This document shows, piece after piece, positions 1 to 13,761 of a stretch of DNA of 64,000 bases. The DNA comes from Trichosphaerium sp. ATCC 40318. Lineage: Eukaryota; Protista; Tubulinea. Location: assembly GCA_038496445.1 (NCBI GenBank), contig JALMLS010000471.1, forward strand, positions 124,001 through 188,000. Reading direction: 5' to 3'. Within the stretch, counting starts at the first letter, position 1. Every line of letters starts with the position of its first letter. The notes under the pieces are model-generated. The model worked only from the letters and a program-made list of their open reading frames with translations, made no database searches and was not told the DNA's origin. A program made the translations under genes and the position numbers.

Positions 1-872
1 GGTCAGATCTTCCTTGTTAAAACACTAGAGGTGTTCAAAGTAACAAACATGATGATCATTCCAATTGTTGCTGCTATTGTTGGTGTAGAAGTTCTAGTAC
101 TTTCCCTATGGACTGCGATAAGTACAGGTCGTGCAGAGCTTCACGAAGAACAACCATTTATTCTTTCAGACGATTATTATGGTTGCTCTAATACAACAAA
201 GGATACAATATTCTTTGTTATTCTCATGATATTCAATGCTGGCGTTCTTCTATACGGCCTATACTGGGTCTACAGAATATGGAGATTGAAGGCAGTGTTA
301 TACAATGAATCAAGGTACGTCAGCTCACTGTAGTGAGCGGTTTTAATTGAATGTTTTTATTTAGGTCAATCGGATTCGCTGTTTACACTTTGACTTTTTT
401 TGTTGTGATCATTATCATCATCCAAGTACGTTAATTATTTTGGACTACCTTTTATGTACATGTAGTTTATACTTATTAAGTGATTGTTTAGGTATTTGGG
501 ACCGATAATCGTGAGATAGCGTTTATTCTAAGATCATTGTGTATCATTCTTGGACCTTTTATTTCAGTCATGGCTTTACTTTTACCAAGAATGAGATACA
601 TGGTACAATCACAATCAGAGATTTCAACTACAGACACCTCTGCTGTCAATAGTAGATCTCTCAAGCTAGTAAGGTCATCACGTGCTGTGAATGGAGAAGT
701 GAATAATGGCAATTCAGAAATGAAGAATGATATGGAGAGAATGAAGAAACGAATTGACGAATTAGAAAAAGCACTTGCCAAAGCAACTGAAGGAACTCAG
801 GAGACGACAAGGGAAGACGCTTCTATTGACTCGAAAGATGTAGTATCTAAAAGTGAAGACATCAGTGTCTAA
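1..872 (+). CDS. Class C (GABA-B-like) GPCR, 3' part (TM region and C-terminal coiled-coil tail); truncated by window start
   Basis: Spliced ORFs 31..333 and 537..872 with hydrophobic helices and the class C motif 'YNESR'; near-identical to 4498..5400. Confidence 0.85.
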
Positions 873-1857
873 ATCTTCATCGAACACTACAATTGGTTTG
901 CAATAAAAAGCAGTTTAGAATGTTATCAGTTTTACGGTATCTCAGGCACATACAACACTTTTTTACAATTTGCTAAAGTTTTTTTTGCCTATTCAGTGCA
1001 AGTCACGTTGTACATGCAACGTTAAAAGTCTTCTAAACCATCTACTAAACCATCTACTAACTCACAACATTTTGTATCTTTTTTTTTTTGCTTCAAACAC
1101 TTTTTACTAGAGCTAGATTGTATCATATCTACGCGTATTGAATATTGTAGCATTGTGTATCCAACCGCACCTAAAATAACATGATGATGTTCAGTTCATG
1201 AATCCAAGACTCAACGGGCTCTGTGAGAGTCCGAGATGTAACACTAAATAGCGAAAAAATTGTGTAGAATAGACCGTACATGCCATTCCTCTTGTTATAT
1301 CCTCCGTTACAGTAATTAGTAAACTCAATGAAGCAGGCATAGTTAAGTATCCTGGTTCTACACCGAATCTATCTTTGAACTCAAAGAATTGAACAGAAAT
1401 TTAAGGGCATTCTCGTACATTCTCTAATTTTATACCATTGGCAGTGCTTTCCACAGTCACATGTTTTAGAAAATTACCATTCTGTTAACTGTACTTTAAA
1501 CGCAAATGGACTCCTAGAAAACTCTACAATCTGGTAAGCGTGTGGGCCTGCCTTGCATCTGTTTTGATGTTTGATAAAACTGCCTTTATAATTCCTTTGT
1601 ATGCCACAACGACACTGTTACTTTGTGCCATAACGCTTCTATCCTTAGTTGAAAAAATATTTGGCGGCAAAAAGTACAAAAAAAGTCGAAATTTCGCATA
1701 ATTTGTTTTGGGATGTCGGAACAAGTACCGCACAGTGTTTAACGGCAAATAAACAGTGGTATTTTGTGAGAAAAAGTCACGTCGTTGACATTACAAAAGA
1801 TCGTAATAAAATAGTACGAGATTGATTTGATCAAAAACGACAAAGTGATAAAGTGAT

Positions 1858-4800
1858 ATGAAAGCTCTTCTTGCTCTAGTATTGTTTCTACTATCGTTCG
1901 GAGTTCTTTGCAGAGCTCAAAACAGAACTACATTCCGTATAGGAAGCGTATATCCAGCGGAAGGGACTATTGTTCGTTTAAGCAATCTAGTACTTGATGG
2001 ACAGCGTATGTGGAGGGATAGAGTACGCAAATTTACAGTTTCGTAAACACGTTTTCATAAAACTTTTTTTAATTACCGCAAACCAGTACTTTATCAAGTG
2101 CTCCGTAATAAGGATGTCATCACTTCAAAGACATATTTTTCGGAGTTGTTTTGATTGAAATAAAAAGTGATGGAAAAGTTTTGTCTCGGCTATAAATGAC
2201 CTTTTTATAATGACACCGTTTTTTAGGTCAACGCCTTGGGAGGTCTTAAAATAAATGGCGTCAATTATACTGTAGAATTGCTAGAAAGAGGTTCAGGCAC
2301 GTAACTCACCCTAAAACTATTGAATTTACAGCTAATGGCGTTGTTTGCTGTCTTTTATGGAAAGAAGAAGATAATAATTTACAAATTGAATTTACAGCTA
2401 CAGGCGTTGTTTGATGTCTGTTACTGTAAAACATATATTAATGTACAAATTTGTAGGTGACAGCGGAGAATCTGTTGCTAATACTACGTTGGCTGTAATA
2501 AACGAAGGTGTAGACTTTTTATTTCTGGTAAGTTTTTTTGAAAATTTTTTTTTGATCACGTGATCATGCGCTCATTTGTACTAAGCCATTGTCAACTCAT
2601 CTGGGATTGAGTGGAGCTATAGTAGCGAACGATGCGAAAATAAACTCACTATTACGTAAGTAAACGACAAGTAACACCCAGTTGTCATGGTTTTCTTTTT
2701 GAGTTCGCATTAATATTATTCTAACTCTTTTACTAGCTGCGGCTGCAACACCTACAAATTATATCTGTGACGAGAATATGGCTTATCCTTGCAAATTTCC
2801 TTATGGAAGAAGACTTGACTATACTTCGGGACTTATATTACCAACAGTACAGTTCATGACAGAAGCTTTAAATCTACTTGTAATTCAAAATGCTAAAACT
2901 ATTGCAGTTTTTTATGAAGGTAAAAGTTTTGGTTTTTTTTTGCTTTCGTATTTGCTTGCTTCAGCTGACATAAAGCCTACAGATGGTGCCTATACAGAAT
3001 CAATTGCTCAAGGGTCTTTGAGGCAAATAGAGTTTTTGGGACTCGAAGTTGTGTACTTTAAGAGTATCCCGTTCTCTTCAAATGAAACTCTCCTACAACC
3101 AAATATAGAAAACATGATCAGAGAATTAAAAGACATACAACCAGGTCTATTTTCTTTTTCGCCTATCCTACTATCCAGTGGCTTACCAAAACCTTAGATG
3201 TGCTTCTTGGTGGAACTTTTTATTCTTGTGTTGCCTTAATGAAAACAGCACGAGCGATGGACTTCAATGCAAAAGTAATTTTTACTTGTTTTTTTTATGT
3301 TGTATTAACTTGATTCCGTAGGCTTATCTTCTCTCAAGTCCCTGTATTCTTGATAAAGAAGATGTTAGAAATAAGTTTGGATCAGACGGGAAATATATAA
3401 TGAGCACAGGCGCACTGGTAAGGGATTAAGAGTATATAACTTCTCAATATACTAGCTTCTTACTTTTGTTTTATTCTAGTGGGACAAAAGACTTCGTAGT
3501 GATAGATACGATGAAAGAGACGAAACAGTTCGCTTCCACCATTTCATTAGTGACGGAAATACAACATCACCACTTATTTTCAATGAAATGTTCAAAGATA
3601 GATTCGGTGTCGACCCAGGATACTATGGTGAGGCCTTTATTACATGACATTTGTTTGATGGAGTTTACTAATCACTGTTATTTTAGGTATGATTGGATAT
3701 ACACAAGGTTACATTGTTCAATACGCATTAGAAGCTGCAAAGTACATGCTTGTTTTTGATTTCAAAAAAGTTTCACTTTTTGTTGTTGTCACGGATATTC
3801 GAGTTTATTTACGCATATTTAATAGTTCTTTTGACCGCGATGATATTCAGAATACCATAAACGCTATGGATATTACAGGTTTTTGTGGGGAGTTTGAGTT
3901 TGATAGATTTGGACAAAATCTGGGTAGAAATGGGTTGACGTATCAATATGATGAAGACATTGTTGATCAGATCGTTGCTCCATTATTTGCTGCTACTGGA
4001 AGGCTGATATATCCTGCTCCAAAATGGAATGAACGGTACACAACTTATGGGTGGTACAGTACGTATTTCATGCTATCAACAAATAATTACTTACAAGGCT
4101 AATACTTCGTAACAGAGTACACAAGCGAGATAGTTATTCTATGCCTTGTTGGCGTAGCAATCATGACTACTTTCGCACTTATCCTATGGGTGTTAATATA
4201 TCAGAATAATAGAGTTATACGCGCCGCACAGCCAGTGTTTGTTGTTCTCACTCTGGTAAGTCTTGACCTCATTCTAAGTTTGACTCGTTTCTGTTTCTCT
4301 TATTTTTGATTTAGATTGGTACAATCATCATGTATTGTTCGGTGTTTTTCTGGACTCTACATACAGACGATATTCACTGTAACCTCGCAAGATGGTTCAT
4401 AGCAGTAGGTTTTGGTGTACGGGTTCAGTTTTAATACTCTCATACTAATCAGTGATAGTTGACATATGGTGCGTTGTTTGCAAGGATTTATAGGATTGGT
4501 CAGATCTTCCTTGTTAAAACGCTGGAAGTGTTCAAAGTAACGAACATGATGATCATTCCAATCGTTGCTGCTATTGTTGGTGTAGAAGTGTTACTACTTT
4601 CCTTGTGGACTGCGATAAGTACAGGTCGCGCGGAGCTTCGTGAGGAACAACCATTTATTCTTTCAGACGATTATTATGGTTGCTCTAATACAACAAAAGA
4701 TACAATATTCTTTGTTATTCTCATGATATTCAATGCTGGCGTTCTTCTATACGGCCTATACTGGGTCTACAGAATATGGAGATTGAAGGCAGTGTTATAC

Positions 4801-5400
4801 AATGAGTCGAAGTACGTCAGCTCAGGCTGTAGTTGGTTAGCAATTAATTGATTGTTTTTATTTAGGTCAATCGGATTTGCTGTTTACACTTTGACTTTTT
4901 TTGTTGTGATCATTATCATCATCCAAGTACGTTAATTATTTTGGACTAGCTTTTATGTACATGTAGTTTATACTTATTAAGTGATTGATTAGGTGTTTGG
5001 GTCTGATAATCGTGAGATAGCGTTTATTCTAAGATCATTGTGTATCATTCTTGGACCTTTTATTTCAGTCATGGCTTTACTTTTACCAAGAATGAGATAC
5101 ATGATAAAGTCACAATCAGAGATTTCACATACAAATACCTCCGATGGCAACAGTAGAGTTCTTAAGACAGTAAGGTCATCGCGTGCTGTGAATGGAGAAG
5201 TGAATAATGATATGGAGAGAATGAAGAAACGAATTGACCAATTAGAAAAAGCCCTTGCCAAAGCAACCGGAGGAACTCTGGAGACGATAAGGGAAGAAGT
5301 TTCTATTGACTCGGAAGATATAATATCTAAAAGTGAAGCAAAAGAACCAAAATCATCGACAGTGTCTCGAAAAGCATCGAACACCACGATTGGTTTGTAA
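1858..5400 (+). CDS. Class C GPCR with periplasmic-binding (Venus flytrap) ectodomain and 7TM domain, multi-exon
   Basis: Signal peptide MKALLALVLFLL; 'FRIGSVYP', 'VNALGGLKING', 'ITGFCGEFEFDRFGQN', 'LIYPAPKW'; 7TM motifs 'VIRAAQPVF', 'YGALFARIYRI', 'YNESK'; coiled-coil tail. Confidence 0.88.
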
Positions 5401-6060
5401 AAAAAAAAGCAATTAAGAATACAGAATTTTTTGATTTATTTCCTAAATACTGATTACTACTACAGCACTGTATGTTTGTACATCCACAAATAATGTATCT
5501 GTTTTAGGGTACAGCACGTGCGAAATTTTGTTGACAGTACTGCAATGGTAATGTCGCAGTTTTCTTGAAAATAAACCCAAGCCGATCACTTTCATTGGCT
5601 GTAGTAGCTAGCTCACTATCCTGCTTAGCTTTAATTAGTACACTTACATCTAGTAACATGTGATAATTATAGAGCAAGTTAAAAGTACGGTAATTGTTGC
5701 TTTTTTAACTATTTGGGGAGCTGCTACAGTAGCTACCACAATTTTTCTTGCTGGAACAATCACGTGATTGTATTTATTACCACTTCAAATTGTGCACAAT
5801 GTAGATCTGTGCGAACTAGCAAGAGGGCAGCAGCGGGGCGATTGAACACAACCAGTGTATACTTTTTTTTTTCGACCGTTTCAAGACTTTTACCTGATAC
5901 CGAAGTATTAAACCAATCTATGCGCGTTCATCATTTACTCGAACATAAAATAACAACAAATAATAGTGAAGTGCTTCTGTTTCCAAAAAAAATAAAAAGT
6001 CAAACTCGTTCCTGTAATTCAGTTAATTGCAAGAATTATTAATTCTCACACAAAGCAACA

Positions 6061-6345
6061 ATGTCAACGATTACAGTCAAAGTAATATATGAAGGAAGAA
6101 AGTACAAAGTATTGGCTAATGTAGGTGATACAATGAAAGAACTTGCTGAAAAAACAGAAAAAACTCTGGAATCGAAAATACAGTATGTTGCTGTGAGAAT
6201 AAAAAGGTACGTATTGTACCGTTTATACATACAACACTAATTGTAGCGAAGGGTGGAGAGGGTTGATAAAAGCACTACCGACGGAACCATAGACGATACA
6301 CTATCACGGAGAGATATAAATAAATCATTCGTGGCCTACGACTGA
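6061..6345 (+). CDS. Small ubiquitin-like/beta-grasp protein (putative, 2 exons)
   Basis: MSTITVKVIYEGRKYKVLANVGDTMKELAEKTEK fits the beta-beta-alpha start of Ubl folds; GTACGT donor near 6207; acceptor choice uncertain. Confidence 0.4.
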
Positions 6346-7050
6346 ATTTTCAGATGAAACTTGTTGTGTTCACAATAAAAGAAAGACACTTTTACGCACG
6401 CCTTTGACCTGTGTTTTTACTAAAATCTCAAAGGGAGTAAGTACCCTTTGACTTTCCAAAAAAGAATGTATTGAAGTGTATGCGCCATAGGTACCACAAT
6501 GCTTCAACTGCTTGAACTTAGGGTTTGTAGCCAAGAAGCAAGTTATAGTCCCCATTTTATAATCGCCAGTTTTAGTACTTGGGTTACAACTTACCTAATC
6601 CTGCTCTCCACATCCAGGCAACTATTTTAAACAGTTTTACCGCTCGTACTTTAGTACACATTCGAATATAGTTATGTAGTTTATTGTTGGCAAAGTTACA
6701 CGACAATCCTAAACACTTCCAGTAGACAGAATCCATTGGATTGGATTTTCGTCCATATGGGGCAGCCCATACGCCGGCCATCTTATATTTAGAAATACAG
6801 TGTCATGATAATAAAACCTTAACAGTTAGATCTCACAGAATGAATAATTAAGGTTCGGCCAAAAAGCAAAGAGCAAGATACTGTAAAAATCTTGTTTGAA
6901 TGTTGTTCTAGTTGGCTTATTGTTATTGTATACTAGTACTTCATTGCTAGGAGTAATTGAGTGTAGCTAGATATATTCTGTACAGTACATACATTACATC
7001 CTACAAAGAACAAGACACCAATAAAATTTTGCCAACGAAACTAAAACAGT

Positions 7051-8192
7051 TTATAAGTTCAACTTTTTCGCTACTTCTACTTCAACATGTTGTTTTCTAT
7101 CATGAGGTATACTAGCATCGAATAATCGAAACTCTTGAGATACTTCACGAAGAAGTGTGAATGCTATAGTAGTATCCAAAGTAGATTGTAACTCTTGTGT
7201 AATATCCTCTTCTTGTCCGAGTGTCAAAGTCAAATTGAAATCTCTTTTTAAAGCTTTTGTAACAGCAGTATCAATAAGCTCCCATTTACCTCTCCATGTA
7301 CTCGTAATATCTAAGCAACCACAATATTAGCAGTTGATATAAATACAAAAAGAAGAGAAACATATTCTTCATACCATCTGAGGTTTCACGCTCAAAACGC
7401 CACGTGGATGATATTGGATCAAGTCGATGACTTGCAGGGAAGTCAAAGGTACATTTCAGTGCCATTTTTTCTTTCTCCATTTGACCAACGTGTAACAACA
7501 ATAGAGCGTCTTCTTCATGTTGAAGCCTATAAGAGTGCCAAAGAGCTACTGTAGAACCTTTCCTTTGATAAAGAGAGTGAGGACTGAAACGGTAAAGAAA
7601 AACAAGAAAAAAATAGGAAAAGTAGATCCGCTTTTTGCCACGTGTTGGAAAGGTTTGTTCATGGATTTCGTACTTGAGTAGAACACCATTTTGAACAACT
7701 ACAGGTGGTAAAAACTTTCTCATTTTTGTAGACTCTTGAAAAGAATCCATGCCAAAATCGACGATTTTTGCGCGCTTGAATCCGCTTGTAAAGTCATTTT
7801 CTTCAACAACTTGTTGAATTACGTTTTTATGAATTGCTAACGTTGTATTCTTTTGTGACTCTGTTAAAGGCTCCCACGCCTCTCTTGGTTCCTTTTTAAA
7901 GTTGATTTTAGGTATTTGAGCCTCCACTTCGGGCGATATGACAATATAATCTAAATATGCGTTAAAATGATAAAATTACGCCTTTTAACGTTGTTTATAG
8001 CGTCTTAATACTGTTTTATCAATAAAACGAGTTAAATCACCTCTAACCTTTCCAAGATATCTTAATAGGTACTACTTGAGTAGTACATGTTCTGTAACGT
8101 TGTGTAGGGCGATTATGTGTTCTTTTACTCTTTAATCTTCTTCCAGGTGCTATTGTTGGTGTAATAGCACTTTGTAAGCGTAAAGCATACAT
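7051..8192 (-). CDS. Hypothetical multi-exon protein
   Basis: ORFs 7286..7927 and 7051..7233 plus upstream exon-like sequence; no recognisable family. Confidence 0.4.
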
Positions 8193-8559
8193 CAGTAGCC
8201 GTTTTGAAAGTCTTTGACGTACTATGGACGAAAACTTGTAAAAAAGTCGCCAAAGCTAACTTAATATGTGATAGATTATTTCAGTTCAAGGTGCGGAGGA
8301 TACAGCAAGAATCACGTGTTACATTGACGATGGGCGGACCAATACTACCCGGCTGGTACCTTTTGCATAATAATCTGTAGACACTGGTTTGGCTTCAAAA
8401 AGGAAGTCACGTGAGAGTGATAGCACTGGCTATATTTGGAGTTTATTCAACATACTGCTGAAAAGTGCAACCTACGTGTGGTAACTTTATCATGACACCA
8501 CGTTACTTTGATTAAGTGGTTCAGCCACACCTTTCTTTGCAATTGAAGTTGTATAAACA

Positions 8560-9621
8560 TCAAAGTTGATTAACACATTTCAATGCCTGGATACCTTCAT
8601 CTGTTACATGGCTACAACCTTTGAGACGAATATTATGAACGCCCTTGAGTGCTTTAATACCTTCATCTGTAACTAAATTATCAGAAAGATCTACGTGATA
8701 AGCGCCAGCAAGAAATTTGATTCCTTCATCTGTTATCATTATACAACCATTAAGATGAATAGTGTGAACACAAGAAAGAGACTTGACACCTTTATCTGTT
8801 ATGCCAAAACACCAACGAAGATAAATCTCGGGAACACCTTTGAGTGCTACAATCCCTTCATCTGTTACTGAAGTATTAGAAAGATCAATGACATGAACAC
8901 CAGACAACAACCTGATGCTCTCATCTGTTACACCTTTACAACTGATAAGATGAATAGCATGAACACCTATGAGTGCTTTGACACCTTCATCTGATACTGA
9001 AGTATAATTGAGCTCTATAGTATGAACACCAGCAAGTGCTTTGATACCCTCATCTGTAATACCTTTGCAACTGTTGAGCTTAATAGTATGAACTCCAGCA
9101 AGTGCTTTGACACCTTCATCTGATACCGAAGTATAATTAAGGTCTATGGTATGAACTCTAGCAAGTGCTTTGATTCCTTCATTTGTAACTAAAGAGTAGC
9201 TAAGGCCAATGGTGCGACGTGATACCTTCATCTGTTACATCACAGCCACAAAGATAAATAGTATGAACACCCTTCAGCACTTTGACGCCTTCATCTGTTA
9301 CAGCAGTACTACTAAGGCTAATAGAATGAACACCAGGAAATAACTTGACCATAGTATCAACAAGAACGCCATTATTACCAACAATATGGATTGTTGTATT
9401 TTTTAGAGTACTGGCATGTTTTATGACCGCTTGTGCTTACCTAAGGGTCGTAATTCTCACAATTTTGTACCCAATGACATCATGAATAAGAGAGGCAAAG
9501 AGATGGCATGTTTGACAAGCTGCAAACCTCGCTTTCGTTACTTGACGTAAAATATGCGCTATGATCTCTGTAGGAAGATTTAAAATGCTGTTTTGCGCAC
9601 TTCAGTGGTGTTAACAGACAT
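8560..9621 (-). pseudogene. Intronless F-box/LRR gene, disrupted
   Basis: F-box 'ILNLPTEIIAHIL'; in-frame TAA near 9437; deletion/frameshift near 9220; about 10 LRRs 'GVHTIxLxxCxxITDEGIKAL'. Confidence 0.8.
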
Positions 9622-10135
9622 CAGAACATTCTACTGAACGTACTTGATTGACGAGGTTATTTCATTTTCTGACATTAACACAAGGTGTTAGTGTTAGTTA
9701 TACTCTAAACCAGCCGCTGTTTAAAAACTAGGTCAACATAGGTCTTTGCTTGTTTAATTTTGTCTTGTTTCTGAAATGAACTTTGTTTTCTAGATTTTCG
9801 CACATGACAGAAAATAGTTCGAGTAAATAAATTGAATTGACATTCATATGTGCACTTGAGTATTAAATATTGTCGAGTATCGATACAGTGAGGTGTTTTA
9901 CACGTAATTTGAGACTATTGACGAAAGGCGACTTTAGCATCGTACAGTAAACTTCACGACTAAATTAGATGCCCTATAGTTGACACAGAATATACTAATT
10001 AAATAAAGCACCAAATGGTACACCTTTGCACAAAACCATCGATTTTTTTATTGGTGAAGAAACAAATTGAAAAACGTTTGATCAAAAAAAAAACACAAAA
10101 CCCTTTATCGCTTTCTTTATTCACGTGATCAATAC

Positions 10136-12215
10136 ATGTCACGTGATCTTATTTTTGTACTTCAAATATGTCAATTATTGGTTTTCGTGGTAATGTCTCG
10201 AGGTACGTATATAGCCTTATATCCACACGTCACGTGTAGCTTGTTTTTGATTAAAATTACAAAGGTCAATCTTTCTCAGCAGCAGTTTCAATTGAAATCG
10301 AAATAAACACGTGCGAGGATGTACAAATAGGACCGCCTGGTGCTTCAAACGAAGGATTCGCTTTGATACGATACACTGGCGATTATGCTACCGGTACGTT
10401 GATTCTAAAGCACGAACGCTCATGTTTCACCTTAACAGGCAATATTATAAATGCTCAAATAGTTTTTACTGCTTCTCTCTCAAACACCGAACCAATATCT
10501 GGTTCTATACATGAGATGATAACAGACTGGTCACCAAGTACAACTTGGGCGTCGTATCCGAATAACGGACCAGGTAAACCTTGTTTTTTTTTGTGGAAAA
10601 TATTTAATTTATTTTACTCCGCATTTGGATTAACCATAAAGCGAATAGTTGCCGGTATTGATTATGTTGATGACGCCATCACAACATACTCTGGAATTTT
10701 AGCCGGTCGGAGATTAGCAGTAAACGCTACCACACAAGCAAAGAAATGGAAGGATACCAGTAATCATGGTTGGCTGTTTAAAAGCAGTGCGTCGTTTTTG
10801 AAATATTCAAAGCGATTTTTTTTAATCACGTGTTTAAGGTAGTGGGAATGTCCATGATCATTTCTATTGGTGTGACGCAAGCTTTATAGATTTTAGGCCA
10901 ATAGTTACCATTGAGCATTCCTTTTTAGGTCTTAAAGTTGTAGTACACACTTATGAAGATCCACGCACGTGCTTTTTAAAAAGTAGTTTAACTTACGCAT
11001 TGTTTAGTTGGTAAACAAGGTTACCCGCCTCCGTATATCGCTTATACACGCCTTTGTGCCTTTATTGGAGGGGTGGACGGCTTTGAAGACCGTGTGGCAG
11101 AAGCTTTGAAGGAAGGTTATATGCTAATGAACGGCCGCCTTGTTGCAACCCAACAAGTCCCTCCTATCAACAACACAATAAGCAAGTTGATTTTTGAGTC
11201 AGCTATCATTTTAACATTCACCTAGCCGGCTTTTGTTTGACTGTACCTCCTGGACTTAATACAGAAACATTAGATATCGGACTTCGGTACATCTCAGCTG
11301 TTGTTATTGCAGCTGACAGAGAGTAGTCAGAAAATAATAAATGTGAGGTGGGAACCGCTAGAATACACAACGAAGCTTCCAGATGAAATTGGTATGAAAA
11401 TAGATATTTTCTTCAGTCAAGCATTCCAAGTGTTAGTACTTACTTTGTTTTCAAGGTTGTCAAAAATTTGGTTGTGAAAATAGTACGGTTGTTATAAACG
11501 GTACTTTAGAAGGCGAGATATTAGGACCTTCGAGTAGCATCGCAATCGTCAATGATGTTGTAATTAATGGAAACTTCAACGTTCAAGGTAAGTTGTGAAG
11601 GATTCATCATTGGTGAACTCATACGATTATTAGGATCGATCACTATCGAATCCAATGAGACTATCGTAACAATAAACGGATGTATAGCAGCTACTGAAGG
11701 TATCAAAGTAAGATTAGATAACCGAACATACGTGGATGGTGAATCTGTGACACAACTGTTCACACTGTGTAAATCACTAGTACGTTGATAGTTCGACACG
11801 TGTCACTTTTTTTATGTCTTGTGTAGAACGCAACTGTTGAGTTTATTGGTGGAACCACATCCGTGCGTACTAGCGTTTTGCTGTAGTATCTCTAATAACA
11901 TGATAACAGAATGCATGCGAGAGAATAGAAGCAGTTGAGACTTCTAATGAACAAGGATTTGCTTTAGCAATATCCATCAATTCAAATGATTGCCGAAAGG
12001 CAGACGGAGTTAACTTGAATGTTGTAATACTCTCAGTAGTAGGAGGTGTTGTACTAGTATCTTTGATAATCGCCTTAGTTCTGTCTGGTCATAGGTATGT
12101 GACATTTTCTTTCACTCATGATATATTAAACAGTCATAGATTTTATCACCAAAGAAGATTCTCGATTACTGAGGTTGTTGCTAGAAGTGAAGCGACAAGT
12201 AGCAGCGTGGTCTGA
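10136..12215 (+). CDS. Type I membrane protein with N-terminal DNRLRE/CBM96-like domain (putative), multi-exon
   Basis: Signal peptide MSRDLIFVLQICQLLVFVV; 'IHEMITDWSPSTTW' and 'VNATTQAKKWKDTSNHGWLFK' resemble DNRLRE-domain motifs; C-terminal TM 'VVILSVVGGVVLVSLIIALVL'. Confidence 0.55.
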
Positions 12216-12837
12216 AATTATTTGGTATGATAGAAATGTATACACCAATAAAATATATTGAGTACGATTAAGCTATCATAGTTTGATAAACTTTTTACTA
12301 CTGTTTTTTTTCGCTTATACTATCATTATTGATGAAACTCCTTAATTATCAATTGCTACTAAATTGTTATAATAATAAAATCGAACTCGATAGACTACAA
12401 AGGACAAAAGGACAAATGACGAACGGAGACGAAAGTTATTGTAAGTAATGTATTCAGATAGGAACTGTTCTCATGTTAAGTCATTACATTGTCAAGTAGT
12501 ACCTGATGAATACACAGCGAATCTTAGCGAATCTTGCTATGACCTTAATAGGATGACACAATAAAAAATCATTGTTAGTATCAACCTTTATAAATGTTAT
12601 TTATACCGGTGAAGTAGATGAAGCGTAATCAGTCCTAGTGTCAAGGTACTATCCAGAAGGTACATGCATACATGTACCTCCTGTAGTCAAAACTGCCTGA
12701 ACGGAAGGATGTTGGTTAAAGTAGTGGCACAAAAACAAACACCACTGTAATGATTCAATGCTTTATATTTTTTGGGGTTGTACAGCTGTAAATTAATCTA
12801 CTGTTGGTGTAGTATTAACTCAAGGGGTTTTGTATAT

Positions 12838-13412
12838 CTAACCAATACTGTTTGGGAACCTCAATTGAATCTTGGAGTAATTACCAAGTCCATTTTCTTC
12901 AACTGTTTTGACAAAGTCAAGAGTCTTTTTCATTCCATTTTTATCGACTCCCCAGAGCTTTTGAGCCTTTGCGTTACCTAACAAGAAGTGTTAGAATCAT
13001 CGTAAGACCTTTTTAGAGTTTGTAGAGTTGCAAACGTTCACAATCTTTGATTTTGAGCTAAAAACGTACCAGTTTGCTCTATTAGTTTATCTACAACGAT
13101 TTGCATCGGGTCCTGTGGGGAAACGCGTACTTTGTATGTAGCGGACGTTTGCCATTTTGTTGCAGCGAAAGCTGTAACACAGAGTTAGATTACGCGTTTC
13201 TGATGCGTTTTGCAAAGAAAGAAGCTGTTAAAGAGCGAACAAGGTAAAAACACCATAAACCACGTAGTAACAACAACGTACGTGCAGCCCATCCACACTG
13301 AACGCTAAGAAGAACCTCTGGTTTTCCGTCTGTCCTGGTCTCTGTATTAGCACCATTCGAAGCTACAGTATAAAAGGGTACTCGTGCCTGTATGATGCAG
13401 AGCCAAGATCCA
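12838..13412 (-). CDS. Small ubiquitin-like domain protein (putative, multi-exon)
   Basis: Spliced reading 'TYKVRVSPQDPMQIVVDKLIEQTG-NAKAQKLWGVDKNGMKKTLDFVKTVEENGLGNYSKIQL'; 5' end uncertain. Confidence 0.5.
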
Positions 13413-13761
13413 TTGTTGTTTCTTTTACAAGTTAATTGGTCTTGTTTTCGCCCAAATCTGCGAAAATTCGTCTTTTTTCACTACATTTCTGACGTGTGAC
13501 CACTAGTGCGAACTGTCACGCCTCCAATCAATCCCAAGTATTTACTACAGTCAACAAGCATTGTCTGATACAATACGCGCCTTTTTTTCAACGTCTCGCG
13601 AATATTCGGCTGAAACTCTTAATTTCTACTCTATTATCCCTCAGAGCTAGTTTCCTAACGTATACTTGCGCAACACAAAATAAACAAACTTTAAGTGTTC
13701 ACTGAAAAGAATTGACACAAGTGTCAAGTTCGATTGTTTCATAAATCGTTGGCAGCCACAC

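Noticed and set aside
5598-5738. Imperfect inverted repeat (GCTGTAGTAGCTAGCTC / GAGCTGCTACAG)
   Set aside because: Too short and degenerate, with no TSD.
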